Notes under the pieces: model-generated
Seen by the model: only the letters and a program-made list of their open reading frames with translations
What the model was told of the DNA's origin: nothing
Databases searched by the model: none
Program-made: the position numbers and the translations under genes
Shown here: positions 13,267-26,611 of the stretch, piece after piece
How positions within the stretch are numbered: the stretch's first letter is position 1
Layout: each line of letters opens with the position of its first letter
DNA from: Octopus bimaculoides
Lineage: Eukaryota
Length of the DNA stretch: 64,000 nucleotides
Assembly: GCF_001194135.2 (NCBI RefSeq)
Contig: NC_068998.1
Coordinates: 21,370,696-21,434,695 of the forward strand
Direction: 5' to 3'

Positions 13267-13749
13267 ACAGGACAACTTGATAGATTCGATAGTGGTCAAA
13301 TGGCAGCTAGCTAGCATATGTATATATATATATATATGGTTTGTGTAGAAAACTCAGAGGAAAAATATAATCCGTCAATTAAATTTATTATGAGATGTAC
13401 TTCCCTTCATATCAAAATTAGTAAAAGAATCCCGATAAGATGAAAAATGCTGTACAACTCCCCAAAATATGCAGATAAGTAATTGCTATTCTTGGGCTCG
13501 CACCCACTTCCATCGTTGTCTATGATAGTTTGACAAAGCTACTTACCACTTCTACTAAATATGATTTAGTGTTTTCCTCTCTTTTTTTTAATCTTTCGGT
13601 AAGCATTGCGATGTATGGTGTAACGCCTGAATAAAATGTGGATTGCATCATAAAATATGAAGTAATTCTAAAATATCGGGATACTGATGTTTTTTAATTT
13701 GGACAGATGCGTTGTGCTTGATTTCATCTCTCTATTCCATCCCTTCATA

Positions 13750-14420
13750 TATGTATGAAGAGGATAGGTAAAAAAAATTCTACCTGCTCTTTTTTTCTGT
13801 AATACACGAAAACAAAACCAGGGATTGAACCGTTACATCGGTTTTCTACATAACCTCCTTGCTTTTCGATGTACTTCTTCCACTGGTACTCAAGCTTGCT
13901 TATTCCATCGGTGATATAAGGGCGCACTGTCACTTATGCATCCTTTTCCACTTCTTCGTCTGTAGCAAATCGACGACCTCGTAAAGGTTGCTTGAGCGGT
14001 CCAAACACGCGATAGTCAGAAGGGTTGAGATCTAAACAGTATACAAGGTGTTACAGCAACTCGAAACATATGGTTCCAACGATGTGGACAGTCATAAATG
14101 AGAATGTATTGTCGTGTAACAGTGACACTTGATTTGAAAACGAACCTCAGCTTTGATGCGAATTGCTGGATTCAGTTTGTTGGCCAGCATTTCACCTTAG
14201 CCTACACCAGTGATTGAAGACCACTTTTCCAGGTAATTGTCTCACACAGGCCGTTTTGAGTCCTGAAAAACGGTTAGCATCACTCATTTTCTGCAGAAAG
14301 TTGGCTCTTGGATTTTATTTTCGCTGGCGGTTGCGGATATTTCCAGTCAACTCTCTGCCTGTTGGATTCTGGTTCAATGTGATGAACCTATGTTTCATCT
14401 CCTGCGACTATTCTTTCCAA
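13750..14420 (-). mobile_element. mariner (DD34D-type) transposase catalytic half with probable degenerate TIR; pseudogene
   Basis: Minus-strand translation: LERIVAGDET*VHHIEPES...LLHDN...YCLDLNPSDYRVFGPLKQPLRGRRFATDEEV...GISKLEYQWKKYIEKQGGYVEN. Contains GDET, HDN and YSPDLAPSD-like motifs. Confidence 0.92.
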
Positions 14421-14702
14421 AACAGATTCCGACATATATACATAAGTACGCACACACATACACACATATACACACACGCATAAGCGCACATACAAACACT
14501 CTCTCACACACTCAGTTACACACACTGACATGTACACATATATACACACACGCACACACACACACGCGCACACACACATGCACATGCACACACACACACA
14601 CACACATATGAATGAGGCTAATGGCGTGCATTCTAGTACGATTTATAAGTGGAGATATAATTCTCAGTGGTAAATAGACGGCAATATTCGTTTCCGCCAA
14701 TT

Positions 14703-14790
14703 CAGTAACCTGGCAGAATTGTTAGCAAACCGGGCAAACTGCTTACCGCCATTTTGTCCCTCTTTACATTCTCAGCTTAAAATCCGCAGA
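14703..14790 (+). mobile_element. 5' fragment of SINE family 1
   Basis: ctggcagaattgttagcaaaccgggcaaactgcttaccgccatt...ttctcagcttaaaatccgc matches the family-1 head. Confidence 0.65.
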
Positions 14791-14879
14791 ACACAGTGGT
14801 ATAGAATTGTCCAAGTTTCTAAATGTTGTAAGATCTTTTATATACAAAGTCGGTAGGAAGTGGAAAACTTTGGCGGGAA

Positions 14880-15788
14880 TGCTTGAACTATGTCAAAAGG
14901 AAAAAGTATACATTCTAATTCTTCGATATTATAAGGATACCGACATTCATCCGACAATTTTAAAACATAATTGGTGATTATCCTGGATTATCTGTGAGGA
15001 CCATCTCCGCAGAACTTCAAGTGTCGGAGTGAATTGTTAGATCAGTTGTATCTACAAAAGACAGGCCAATTAATGTCACCAATGATACAGGAAAACCGTT
15101 TGATCCATCTGAAGCATTTATTTAACAAGAAAGACAGCATCACGAGCTGCCTGTACAAGAGTAGCAAGGTAGCTGGAGAACTCGCGCTTAATTAGGAAGA
15201 CTTTCTTTGCAGTATCATCAATGCGCTCCAGCCGTACGACATGACGGCGATAACTAGTAACGAACGTCATGTCATTCCACATCCACATCTTTCCACAAAG
15301 ACTCATAATCAATGCTGCTAGATATGATGAGTTCCTGGAAACATGTTCTCTCCTGGATGGATGAAGTACGTAATGGAAGGCAGTATATGTTTCAATTTGA
15401 CTCAGTAGATTTTTACAAAGTCCACTACCTCAAGAATGGATGTCAGACGATCATGTAACTCTAAATCTGAAACCTTGAAACTCACCACTGGAGGGATTTT
15501 AAAAGGGAGTCTAGTATAGAACCTCACAATAATATAGTTTACCTGAAGGTAATCTTTGTCCAGATGATGTCCGACCTGCATAAGGACAATTTATTGCTGG
15601 CATGCCAACGACTCCAATCCCACACTGACGAAGACATCGAAGCTGAAGTCGTATTCCTATCATAGACTTATGAGAAAGACTATCGAAGACATGTGCACAC
15701 ATTTTTATTACCATACATTTCGTTTTTACTAGACTTGTGTTAATTTATCAAACTAAAATATTGTCCTCAAATACCACTGGCACCCTGT
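14880..15788 (+). mobile_element. maT / DD37D-type IS630-Tc1-mariner transposase relic with 3' end
   Basis: Frames give PGLSVRTISAELQVSE (HTH), GQLMSPMIQENRLIHLKHLFNK, FPQRLIINAARYDEFLET, GRQYMFQFDS and PHNNIVYLKVIFVQMMSDLHKDNLLLACQRLQSHTDEDIEAEVVFLS* (stop ends 15665). Ends in ...ggcaccctg, resembling a CAGGGTG-type TIR. Subfamily assigned from motif memory. Confidence 0.75.
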
Positions 15789-16955
15789 TCATAGTTGGCA
15801 TTAACGGAGAACTGGAAACGAGATTTTATTTATTTTTCTTCCAGATTTTTCGGCATCATCTTAACAAATGTTGATATGTGGGACAGGTTTTGTTGCATGA
15901 GTCAATGCATAACTAAACATAGAAATTCTACTGAGTGTAGTCATGTCAGAAGTTACCTTTATAGTTTAAGGACTGTAAATATGTAGTGAGCTTCTTTAGG
16001 GCAAGCTGAATGTATTATGATTGCTTGAAGTAAAATATGTATCAATGTATTAATCTATGGCTACTAGATATACTCTAAATTACAATTGCACACAAATACA
16101 TGCATACATACATACATACATACGTACATACATGCATACATGCATACATACATACACGTATATATACAGATTACCCGCATACATTTTATGGTAAACATAG
16201 AATACAAATGGAATTAGTAAAAGCTTGGTTACTTTGAAAATATAATATCGATTAACTTGCTTTTAGAAATAAATGAATTTGAAGAAGTAGCTTCGTGCTA
16301 ATCATTTCACGTATCTGGTAGTCGATTTAAAGATAGAATCTTTCCTAGTTACATTAAAAACATACATGACAGTTAATGTCAAATACGTCTTAATTTGCAT
16401 CAGCTATTACAAGTATTAAAGTTAGATCAATAAGGAGAGAGATAATAGTTCTGCACTTTTCTGTAACAAATAATTACATTTGTTTCAATACTACTTAAAC
16501 TGCATAAACATAAATCTATATTGGTTTAACCTATACTAAAATGGCTAGACGCATTTGTGAGATGGTATGTTAGAGACAAACCTATTATCGTAATCAGTAT
16601 ATTATAACAGTGTCACTCAAATTTGTTACCTAGAATTATCCCTTTGACAAGTAAATAATATGAATTTGTTGATACATTTTTTTAATATTTCAAAGGTATT
16701 ATGCTATGACGTTATTTACGTATACGTGCTAGCTCACAGTTTCTATTCTTAGAAGTCAGATCTGATAGTATTTACACAACCGATCCATAAGAAGTAATTA
16801 TGAATTGTATGATTTTGGTAGCAAACATATTAAGTCTCAAATGTGAAAGTCTACATGACGTTAAAGACATAAAGCCGGATAAAACAATACGCTTCTAATC
16901 CTTTTGTTCAGACTCAGGACCGCTCAACCTTAGTTATCCTTTATCTCGGAATATA

Positions 16956-17850
16956 TTGGATTGAGGAATAATACACGAGCGTTTTTTTTAAATTTAAAAA
17001 TGATGCACGCGGAAATAAAACGCATTGGCAAACTATTTTGTTATTTGAAAGAGAATGCTTTGTTCTACAAGATAGTGTGTTTTGAGTTTTTAACTTAATT
17101 GATGTTTATGTATTTTCAGATCATTAAAATGGAATGTCAAGTGGACAAAACTGAACATTTTCGACACCATTTGTTTTTTGTATTTAATCGAGGTGTTAAG
17201 CCCACCGAATCTGCTTGTAAGATTTGTACTGTGTATGGAGAAGGATCACTGCCCCAAAGTACCGCCCACCGCTGGTTTCCGCGGTTCAAAATTAGAATTT
17301 TGAATTCAAGGACAGATCACACACCGGTCGACCAAATGAGTTCGATGAACTTTGCCCATTGAGTGAAGGTTCCAAACCATAGTATTTTTTTTATCACAAT
17401 ACATCCGCTCTGCCTATTGTCTGGTCGTTTGACGCGGAGTTTTTGAAGAAGTTTATTCAATTGCTCTTCATCGAACTTAATTGATCCACCGGTGTGTGAT
17501 CCGTTCTTGAAGTCAAAATTCCAATCTCTGAAGCGCAAAAGCCAACGGCGAGCACAACACAAATCTCACGAACAGCTTCGGCGGGCTTAACAACTCATTT
17601 AAATGCAAAAAGCAAATGGTGTCGAAAACGCTCAGTGTTGTCCACGTAACATTCCATTTTAATGATCTGAAAATTTAAACAAAAAAATTTAAATCAATAA
17701 AATTAAAAAAAAAACAAAAAAACTCACTACCTTGTAGAGTAAAGCATTCTCTTTCAAATAACATAAAACATTTTGCCAATGCGTTTAATTTCTGCGTACA
17801 TTTTTGAATTTGAGAAAAAAAAACCCTTCATGAATTATTCTTCAACCCAA
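16956..17850. mobile_element. Fold-back element: two mariner 5' halves tail-to-tail, TIR at both outer ends, TA flanks
   Basis: Left arm (+), ATG at 17129: MECQVDKTEHFRHHLFFVFNRGVKPTESACKICTVYGEGSLPQSTAHRWFPRFK. Right arm (-), ATG at 17657: MECYVDNTERFRHHLLFAF...RRWLLRFRDWNFDFKNGSHTGGSIKFDEEQL. Both ends read TAttggrttgargaataat...; junction at ~17350. Confidence 0.9.
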
Positions 17851-18423
17851 TATTTTACAATATACCTAAGTCTCTTTTAAAGGAGGCAGGATATGAATTA
17901 ACAGAATTGGGCTGCTGTTGTAAAACGTCAATAGGCAATGTAAAGGATCTAACATTAAACGTGTCACTTCGCATCCAAAAACCTCGCAAGTATAGAAATG
18001 TATTCTTTATAATGTTCCTGTCATCTATTATTCATCTTAGTGTATTTGTGACACATTAGTAACTTCCCTGGACTATCAAATATTAATATCAAAGTCTCTA
18101 TCTTGTTAAATTTCAAAACTGATTTCTTCCCTCTTTACCCCTTCATCTTTCCCAACACATTGCTTTAATACTGATCTCTCTTGCTATCTTTCTGCTCTCT
18201 CTCTCTCATACACATATATTTATATGCGTGTGTGAGTGACGAATATTTGTTCGTCTTCTGCAGCGGCGTCATTAGCTATTACTACCAGATTTATAGTTTT
18301 GTGAAAATATTCCTTGTATTCTAGATTTCAGAAAAAAAAAAAAAAGAAAAAAAGAAAAAGAGATTCCGAGTTATAACGTAAAGAGAATTTTATGCTACTG
18401 AATTCTTTCAATATATCAAGTCT

Positions 18424-19066
18424 GAAGGCGGCGAGCTGGCAGAAACGTTAGCACTCGCCGGGCGAAATGCTTAGCGGTACTTCATCTGCCACTACGTTCT
18501 GAGTTCAAATTCTGCCGAGGTCAACTTTGCCTTTCATCCTTTCGGGGCGAATTGAATAAGTACCAGTTAAGCACTGGGGTCGATATAATCGACGTAATCC
18601 GTTTGTCCCCTCTGTGTGTAACCCCTTGTGGGCAGTAACGAAATACGAAACGTTAGCATGCCGGGCGAAATGCTTAGCGGTATTTCGTCTGCCGTTATGT
18701 TCTGAGTTCAAATTCCACGAAGGTCGACTTTGCCTTTCATCCTTTCGGGGTCGATAAATTAAGTACCAGTTACGCACTGGGGTAGATGTAATCGACTTAA
18801 TCCCTTTGTCTGTCCTTGTTTGTCCCCTCTATGTTTAGCCCCTTGTGGGCAATAAAGAAATAAGAACCGTTAGCATGCCGGGCGCAATGCTTTGTGGTAT
18901 TTCGTCTGTCTTTTTTGTTCTGAGTTCAAATTCCGCCGAGTTCGACTTCGTCTTTCATCCTTTCGGGGTCGATAAATTAAGTACTAGTTGCATACTGGGG
19001 TCGATCTAATCGACTGGCCCCTTCCCTCAACATTTCGGGCCTTCTGCCTAGAGTAGGAACGAATAT
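18424..19066 (+). mobile_element. Head-to-tail trimer of tRNA-derived SINE family 1 (units restart at 18442, 18647, 18864)
   Basis: Three copies of gaa.cgttagca..gccgggcg.aatgct...gttctgagttcaaatt...tttcatcctttcgggg...aagtac.agtt...ctggggt.gat.taatcgac. Only the first has the 5' ggcggcgagctggca. Confidence 0.93.
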
Positions 19067-19131
19067 ATCAAGTCTGGAAACACACGCACACGCACTCACG
19101 TACGCATACACATGCACTCAAACACACACAA

Positions 19132-19179
<48 letters not shown>

Positions 19180-21517
19180 TAAACTTCACTCGTCCTAAAT
19201 TTTGAAACATCGTTGACATCGGTATTTTACATTTTACTTTGCCTTGTCCAGATTTTAAAATATAGTTGCATACACAAGATTACTCTTATAATTCATTATC
19301 TGGATTCATAGATTCCTTATTATATTTGCACGTGAAATGTTGATGTTATGAATTCATTATAAAATTTTAAATTCACGTTATTGTAATCATATATATGATC
19401 GAGATAATCTTGGAAAAGCGCCAGAAAAGGTATTGATTATATGCATATGAGTTTTCAATATGCACCAATTCAGAATTTCTACAAATACGTTTATTTCCAG
19501 CTGCATTTCGGTTTTACCCGGAATCTTTTAGTTAATCTATCTCCAGGTTTAGTTACATAATTGGTAGTTCTTACATGTCCCTCAAATTAATGTTGAAATA
19601 AAGTAATTTATTTTTTGAATTAATAAAAATAAATTGTTCTGATTGATGCTCATGCACTTGGTAGAGTTTAATTTTATAATAAACAAAACAAGACTTACAA
19701 TGAATCAAAATTTAAAATTGCGCAGGATCTTTATTGTTACGCAGTATAATGATTTAATATTATACTGAAATTGATGCAATTGTTTGTTACAACCATCTTC
19801 TGCCTACCTTGGAATTTCTTATTTAGATATAAAGAAATAAAAAGAAATTTCAATTGCTATTCAAGATTATTGAAGGGCAACTCGATATGCAACTTTAGGC
19901 TACAGTCGTATTTCTTTTTTTTAAAAAAGGATTCTTTTTTTATTATCGAAGAAGAAACATTCTGAAGATAATAGTAACAACAGTGACATTTAGAAATGTT
20001 TCATAAAATAAACCTTTCAGCAATGTAAAAGTTAATGGACTGAAGTAGAACTGCTAACATACCTATCACAGTATCCATTACCACCATACATGTTAATCTC
20101 ATTTATCAGAAATATCACGCAACACGTAAATCTAACCTATCCATAACCGATGAAGAAGAAAAAAAAACATTCCTGAAATACGCGTATCTTGGAAATCTTA
20201 CTCCATTAGGCGAATAATATATACAAAAGAGATAACATATATCCACCATTTTAAGCTGAAAGAAGACTGTGTTTTCTTAGCTTCATTCTTTTTTATTTGC
20301 TACCTTTCTTTCTATATTATCACCTTTATCTGAGGTGTGACAAAATAGAGGATTCCATTCAGGTCATCTGAGGTATTTTTTTTTTTGTAATGTATCTCTT
20401 ATTGAATATTATTTTCCTAGTAAACAACGAACAATACATATTAGTTGATTCTACGATGTTTCATCGAAAAATATATAGAAGAGTTTCTTGCTACTTATTA
20501 TCATTCTTTATTCCATGTGTGACTTGGAAACCTGAATACTGAATCCACTTGTAATTTCAATTAAATACAATGTTTACCTACCTACTATTTTTTTTAGTTT
20601 CTAATCGGAAATTATCCTCAGAGAGATTCTTTTGCTTCAACAGCATAAACAAAAAATAAAACAGAAAGTGTATTCTTTTGTTTCTCAGCTTTAAAAAATT
20701 GTATAAGCCAACAACATGAGGATATGAATTTCGTGTGCTCTTCTAAATCTAGATTTCTTAAAACCAATTACAAAAGAAAAAAGTTTAATTCTGTCTGATG
20801 TCTCGGTCATGTCATTTCAACTCATCACCTGATCACAGCCCTTTTCCTTTCATTTAAGAGACGTGGTTATGCATTTAGCAAATGTAAACAATTCGTTTCA
20901 GTTATTTCTTCTATTACCGTTATTAGAAAGTTATTTTATGGTGTTAAAAATAAAACTTAAGAAAATATCAACTATATTTATTGTAATACAGTCTCAAATC
21001 CAAAATGTATTTTCATGATGCTTTTAACCATATATTAAGTAACTTAATAACGATTTCTAAGCACATTGGAATATATTAGACGTCTTCATCTATTAAAATA
21101 TCTGTTCATTTCTCTGGGCATTCTAGGATGTGTTAGAAAGACTATAACCCCAGCTTCATTAATCATAACGGAAAAATAGTTTGTGAAAATAGGTGAACTA
21201 AGGTGTCTGATATTAATAATATCTTTTCAAAGTATATTTTACTTGTAAGTGAAAAGAAAATAATTTATTTGAGGTATTACACGGCATGGTAACCTCAGAT
21301 TGATTCCTTGCTCTTCAGCGTTCATCTCTAATTTTCTAAATATAGAAAAAAAAAATCATATCAGTATTTTAACGTACAGTTAAGAAGGTTAACATAAGTT
21401 CATATTTGTACCTCCACCAAGATATTAGTAATATATTATTAAAGAACAAATTAGACATATGAGCTTGTGTTGAAATAAGCCGAAATTCTAGTTATTCTGA
21501 TGCATTCATGAACTTAC

Positions 21518-21610
21518 ATAATAAAGAACCAGAAATGAGATACCAAACGATGATATTCCATTGTCCCTATGAAGCACTTTTAATAATTTCCAAACCATAG
21601 AAATCCTCAT
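21518..21610 (-). other. Candidate 93-nt phase 0-0 coding exon (MRISMVWKLLKVLHRDNGISSFGISFLVLYY)
   Basis: Acceptor ctttcttttcaacag| and donor |gtaagt. Only one frame is open and the length is divisible by 3. No homology recognised. Confidence 0.3.
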
Positions 21611-23267
21611 CTGTTGAAAAGAAAGCTGGTAATCCTTTTCTCACAATCGTGAATTCGTGAAAATATTCGTTGTAACAAATAAAGGGAAGCGGTGAATATA
21701 ACCATTGCACAAAGAGGAACAAATATTCTCCGTAGCCATCCATTCTTCTGTATGGCTGCTTCCATCTCGCGTCTTGTTGTGCATATGTTTCAAGCTTATT
21801 CATATTTACCGATTCAGTATGATTTCGGTGTTGACTTCTTTATTGCAGGGTGCCACATTGTGTCAAGTAATGTAACGGACGGTTTACTTTAGTATAGTTG
21901 ACACCATTAAATACGAAGGGAGTATCTATAAGTTCTTTCGACCAGTTAGAAATAGCAGGTGTATCACATCGTACCATCAACCCATTCCTACACATTTCAA
22001 AATAAAGTTCAAGAGAAATACGTACATCATGGCTGGATTATAGACGGAATAGTTATGTCCGAGAAGCCTGGGGTTAAACAACAAAAGCACTCCGAATATA
22101 TCATTATCCATTTTCCATAGCTTTTCAATTCAATAATATAATATATAATATCATTAGCTCCACCAGACATCTTTCTGTTGCATTAACGAGGCTATTCAAC
22201 TTTTCCACCAACACTTCCTGAATATTATTTCGCTCTTTGTCGAAATGATATAGATAGTTTTCATTATTTCTCATCGGTTCTTTGTTTTTATATAACATAA
22301 AATACGAAAATACAGATTACAATAACATAAATATCATTTCTGTATTTTATTGATACTAAATTACAGAGGAAAGCAATGAAAGTTAAACATCAAAATAACA
22401 TCAAATAAATTATCTATTTTAAGTTCAGAGCATTGAAGCTTAATAGCAGAGACAATAGACAGTGGCCTAAGTGATTCTGAGTTTGCAAATGTCTAATGTC
22501 TGTTTGAGTAGGAAAACCATAGGAGAGTTCAATGGATCGGCTCTGTTCACCTAAAACGTAACATGTCAACACAGACTGGAATTTTAACCTTCATGTCACA
22601 AGTCTAAGAGATTACACATGACAGCACTAAGGTTATTTCGAAGAATCACTGCAGCGTTTACATTGGAGTTACTAAACCCATTACATCCATGAAACAAATT
22701 GTTTACAGTCCACGTATTACCACTGAAACTAAAATAGGGTCCGTACATATCTGAGAAGAAATATCTAAGTCATTTGACTAGTCAAACCTACTTTCTCTAC
22801 TGGTGTGTATTTCTGTAGAGACTTGAAACTATTTAAAGCAGGGTTCAGTGTCCTTTCATTAGCTACCTGAATCCCTATTTAAGGACTGGCAGTATCAAAT
22901 GGATTTTATATTCAGTATCGAGATTTGCTTAACACATTGCGCCAGGTTCACATCCTGCGATAGTCGATCACATAGGTCGCAGTAATGTATTTAGTTCGAT
23001 GAAATCGATTCATACATTGTGCATAACAGTTAAACGAGATCCAAGAAAAGGAAATAACGTATTTTCGAGAAGAGGAAGGAGAGGTGGGCTATACGATGTT
23101 ATTTGAACTGCATAAAATAGTAACCAAATCTTCTTTATAGTAACCCTATCATCTCACTAAATGGTCACTTTAGATACATTACAATTGAATATAAGCCATG
23201 TTGGAATGTTTCATAAGGTGAACCTGATCCGTGATCGTATAGAAACAATATATGATTTAAGTATGAA

Positions 23268-23317
23268 GGAGTGAGAATAAACCCACACAGTTTACTGTAT
23301 GGGTTTATTCTCATTTC
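23268..23317. other. Near-perfect 23-bp hairpin (22/23 paired including 2 G-U, 4-nt loop)
   Basis: GGAGTGAGAATAAACCCACACAG-TTTA-CTGTATGGGTTTATTCTCATTTC. Confidence 0.85.
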
Positions 23318-25340
23318 AAACACCATATCTGTGGAACCCTGATTTAACAATTCTGTAACTGATAGAAAATATAGAGCATGTGACTGCTATTCCACATCAC
23401 TTTCCTTATCAAAGAAAATTAATTGTTTTATCATAGAAAAGAAAGATAGACATATCAGTGATATTGTTGTTACCACTCGAAATTATAAAGCGTTTTCGAT
23501 ATTTGGCTGATGCTATTTTACTTTTGATAGAAATCGATTCACTTAATAAGCAATTATATTGAAAATATACAGTAACTTTGTTAAAACAAAGTTTGTGGAG
23601 TGTGCTGTACCAGTAAATTGCAGTACATATATCCTTGTGTGTATTGATCTAGCTTTTTAGACATCTGGAATTGTATATATTAGCATTAATGCTGGCAATT
23701 CTCTCCGTCTTTATTAGAATTTATGGTCGTGTTTCAAGTTCTAAGTTATTGCTATTAAATAAAAGAAACGGTTGACTATCAGGGGCAAAAGAATTTTGGA
23801 TTGAAATAATCAAGAGGTCAGTTTTATGTTTCCTGCTTACAGAAAAGACACTTCAGGGACATGACATGTACAGAGCTCGTAGATTCAGTCGATTGTGGTC
23901 CTTTCTCTTCTATACATCTTTGATATTAAACTATTGTTAGAGGTCCTTATTAAATTCTAAATAGAATATAGAAATCAAGTTTGACATGAACATTCAAAAG
24001 TGAGAGAGAGCAATTTAGAATGAAGTGACGACGCTCTCTAGCAGGTCCCACAAACAGAAAGAGACTCCCTCATTGGCTCATCAAAATTAAGTATATAAAG
24101 CCAATGGAATGGCAGACGAAGATACAGTTTTGACTTGGGAAAAATCCTGAAAATTTAAATTGTTTATAAAAAGAACATGAAAATATAATTTAGCAAATAT
24201 AATTTGACTTTAAGGCGTTAGGTGATCAGATTTGAATTGTATTGTAATTGTAATACGAAAAGAAAAAAAAAAGAAGCTATTTTGGTATAGAGGCTTGATA
24301 AAAAGAAGAAATTAAGAAAATTCTATATAGCTGTTGCTCTATCATTGGAATCAATTTATTGACTTAAACTAAGATGACGCTGTTAACTGCGACACCAGCT
24401 GTTGTAGATCGTTTTCGTTGAATATTTGCTGATTGCAATGATATGAAATTACATTTTCTTTCCAAGAAACTGAATGAAATATTTAACTATATTATGTTTT
24501 TATATTACACCTAAGTGGACACAATATCAGATACTTTATTTGAATGCATAAAAAAGAAACCTGAAAGCGCATTCTTTCGTATCGCAACACTAATTATAAT
24601 ATTTAATTTCTAACGTTTGATAAGGCCAGCAATATATGGGGGACTGCGTAATCCTAAACATAAAATGTTACTGGTAAATTAACAGCAAATTTTGTTAACA
24701 TACCAAACTAAATGTAATAACTTGAAATTCTTCATATCTATCAGTATTATTTCGTTTTTCGTCTCCTCGTCATGACAAAATATGTTTGGGGGTAAAATTT
24801 TTCTTATAGTAAGAGTGAATGCTTGAAATTGTGTAAGTGTTTATGCCTTACTAAAGTGTTACATATTCAACTGAAATAAATATGCACATTGTGAGCAAGT
24901 ACACAGACGTATTCAACAACAATATGTACGAGAGTCGTTACTTGGCCAACAATATACCCTTTTGTTGCAACCTTGAATTACAAACGTGAGTAACCTTCAT
25001 AGGATAGAATTTTTTTCCATATGTTTCGATTTGCTTCATTGTTGTCTTCTCTACTATTTTAGTTGCAGTATATATCTTTGTTCCCTTTCAGTAATATCAC
25101 TTGTACGGTTTCTTTTATCACTATTGTGGTTACCAATATCTCACCGTTTATAGATGTCGTTCGAAGTTTTCATGTGTTATCAATACTTGCAATTCCATGA
25201 TTCCATGATGGAAGTTCAGGGTTCTTTATTTAAGACATCAGCTCGTAGTAGAATCTTACACTCAAACAAATTAAGCAATTAACTTCAAAATATATTGATA
25301 TATTAATGTTTTATGATAAGAAACAGAACTGATGTACATA

Positions 25341-26275
25341 CACTGAACCGCAAAGCAAACGCGATTTTTTTCAAATGTCATTTTTAAATGCTAAATTCTG
25401 AAAATTTATTTCTGGGATGTAAGTGTAAAAATTCCAAGATATGTTGGTTTATGGCTGAGATCAAAATTGCAGGTAACCTTTCAACTTTCACAGAAATGAG
25501 ACGCCAAAACACCTCTGCGTTGATTGCCGTAGGCGGCTGTCGCAAACAATTGTCATGAAAACCGAAATGCACGTGCATCTCGTGAAGGTTATGGGTATAA
25601 AAATCAACCTGAATCGCGTTCCTAACATTCTGAATTTGGACGCATCTGGTATGACCTGATTGTCAGCAGCGCAGAGAGAACGAGCTACAGGCCGATTCAA
25701 GCAGGGCAGCGGGCCCTGATTGTTGTGAAAGTTTACAACGTCCATGTCAGCACCATCTGTCGTTTGCAACAGTGATACATCAACGCTAACAGCACTGCAG
25801 ACCGTACCCGCAGAGGGCGCCCCCGGGTGACCACGCATAAGCAGGACCGCTTCATCCACATGCAACATCTCCGTGATCGCTTCAAACCGGCCAACCTGAC
25901 AGCTCTCGAGTCTATTGGCGCTGAACAGCGACCGATCAGCTACGACACAGTACGAGGTCCACTGGCACCCAACAACCTGCATTGCCATCGTCCTACTCGG
26001 GGGCATGTCCTCACGCCCGCCATTGCCAGGAAAGATTTCAGTGGGCTATACAGCACCGACATTAGCGGCATCAACAATAGAGGTCGATAGTCTTCTCTGA
26101 CGAGAGCCGGTACGGCGTTTCCAACTCGGATGGCAGTGTGAGTGTGTTGCGTAGGAGAGTGTGAACGCTACAGAGACGCATGTGTCACGGTGAAAGACGC
26201 GTGGAGAGGCCAATGTATCATGGTTTGGGGGGTGCTATAGGCTTGAATCAGAGAATTGGGCCGCATGTGTTCCAA
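25341..26275 (+). mobile_element. Tc1-like transposon, 5' portion (TA-CACTG start, paired-type HTH, GRPR, FSDES), 3'-truncated pseudogene
   Basis: From ATG 25651 with stops and frameshifts: ...VHVSTICRLQQ*YINANSTADRTRRGRPRVTTHKQDRFI...PISYDTVR...SIVFSDESR...IMVWGG. Left end is TA|CACTGAACCGC. Confidence 0.9.
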
Positions 26276-26276
26276 A

Positions 26277-26469
26277 TTTTGTCATTAAACAGGTCGCGGT
26301 TTCAAAGTGATGAAAATATTTTGGCAAATTAAATTTGAATGTTGAAGCGAATCTAACGATTTTAGTGTATTTTTGAGTGGCTTATAAACACCTTCAACGC
26401 TGCAATTGCTTTTCGTTCAGCACACGATCTCAGATCAGGTCATCTGCTATGCAAGTATATCTCTGTAAG

Positions 26470-26470
<1 letters not shown>
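26277..26470. repeat. Unclassified interspersed repeat (longer copy) abutting the truncated Tc1 end
   Basis: Its distal ~95 bp match 13095-13197. Confidence 0.65.
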
Positions 26471-26513
<43 letters not shown>

Positions 26514-26572
26514 TAAACAACCACTGCGAATATGTATATACCCACAGTATATACATATGTATATACATGTAT

Positions 26573-26611
<39 letters not shown>

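Noticed and set aside
15010-15300. hAT-like reading EDFLCSIINALQPYDMTAITS
   Set aside because: The flanking frames give coherent maT/Tc1-mariner motifs across the whole element, so the hAT resemblance is an off-frame coincidence.
18424-19066. Repeat array as CRISPR-like, or SINE heads as tRNA genes
   Set aside because: Units are ~210-bp SINE bodies with no unique spacers, and the heads have A/B boxes but no complete cloverleaf.
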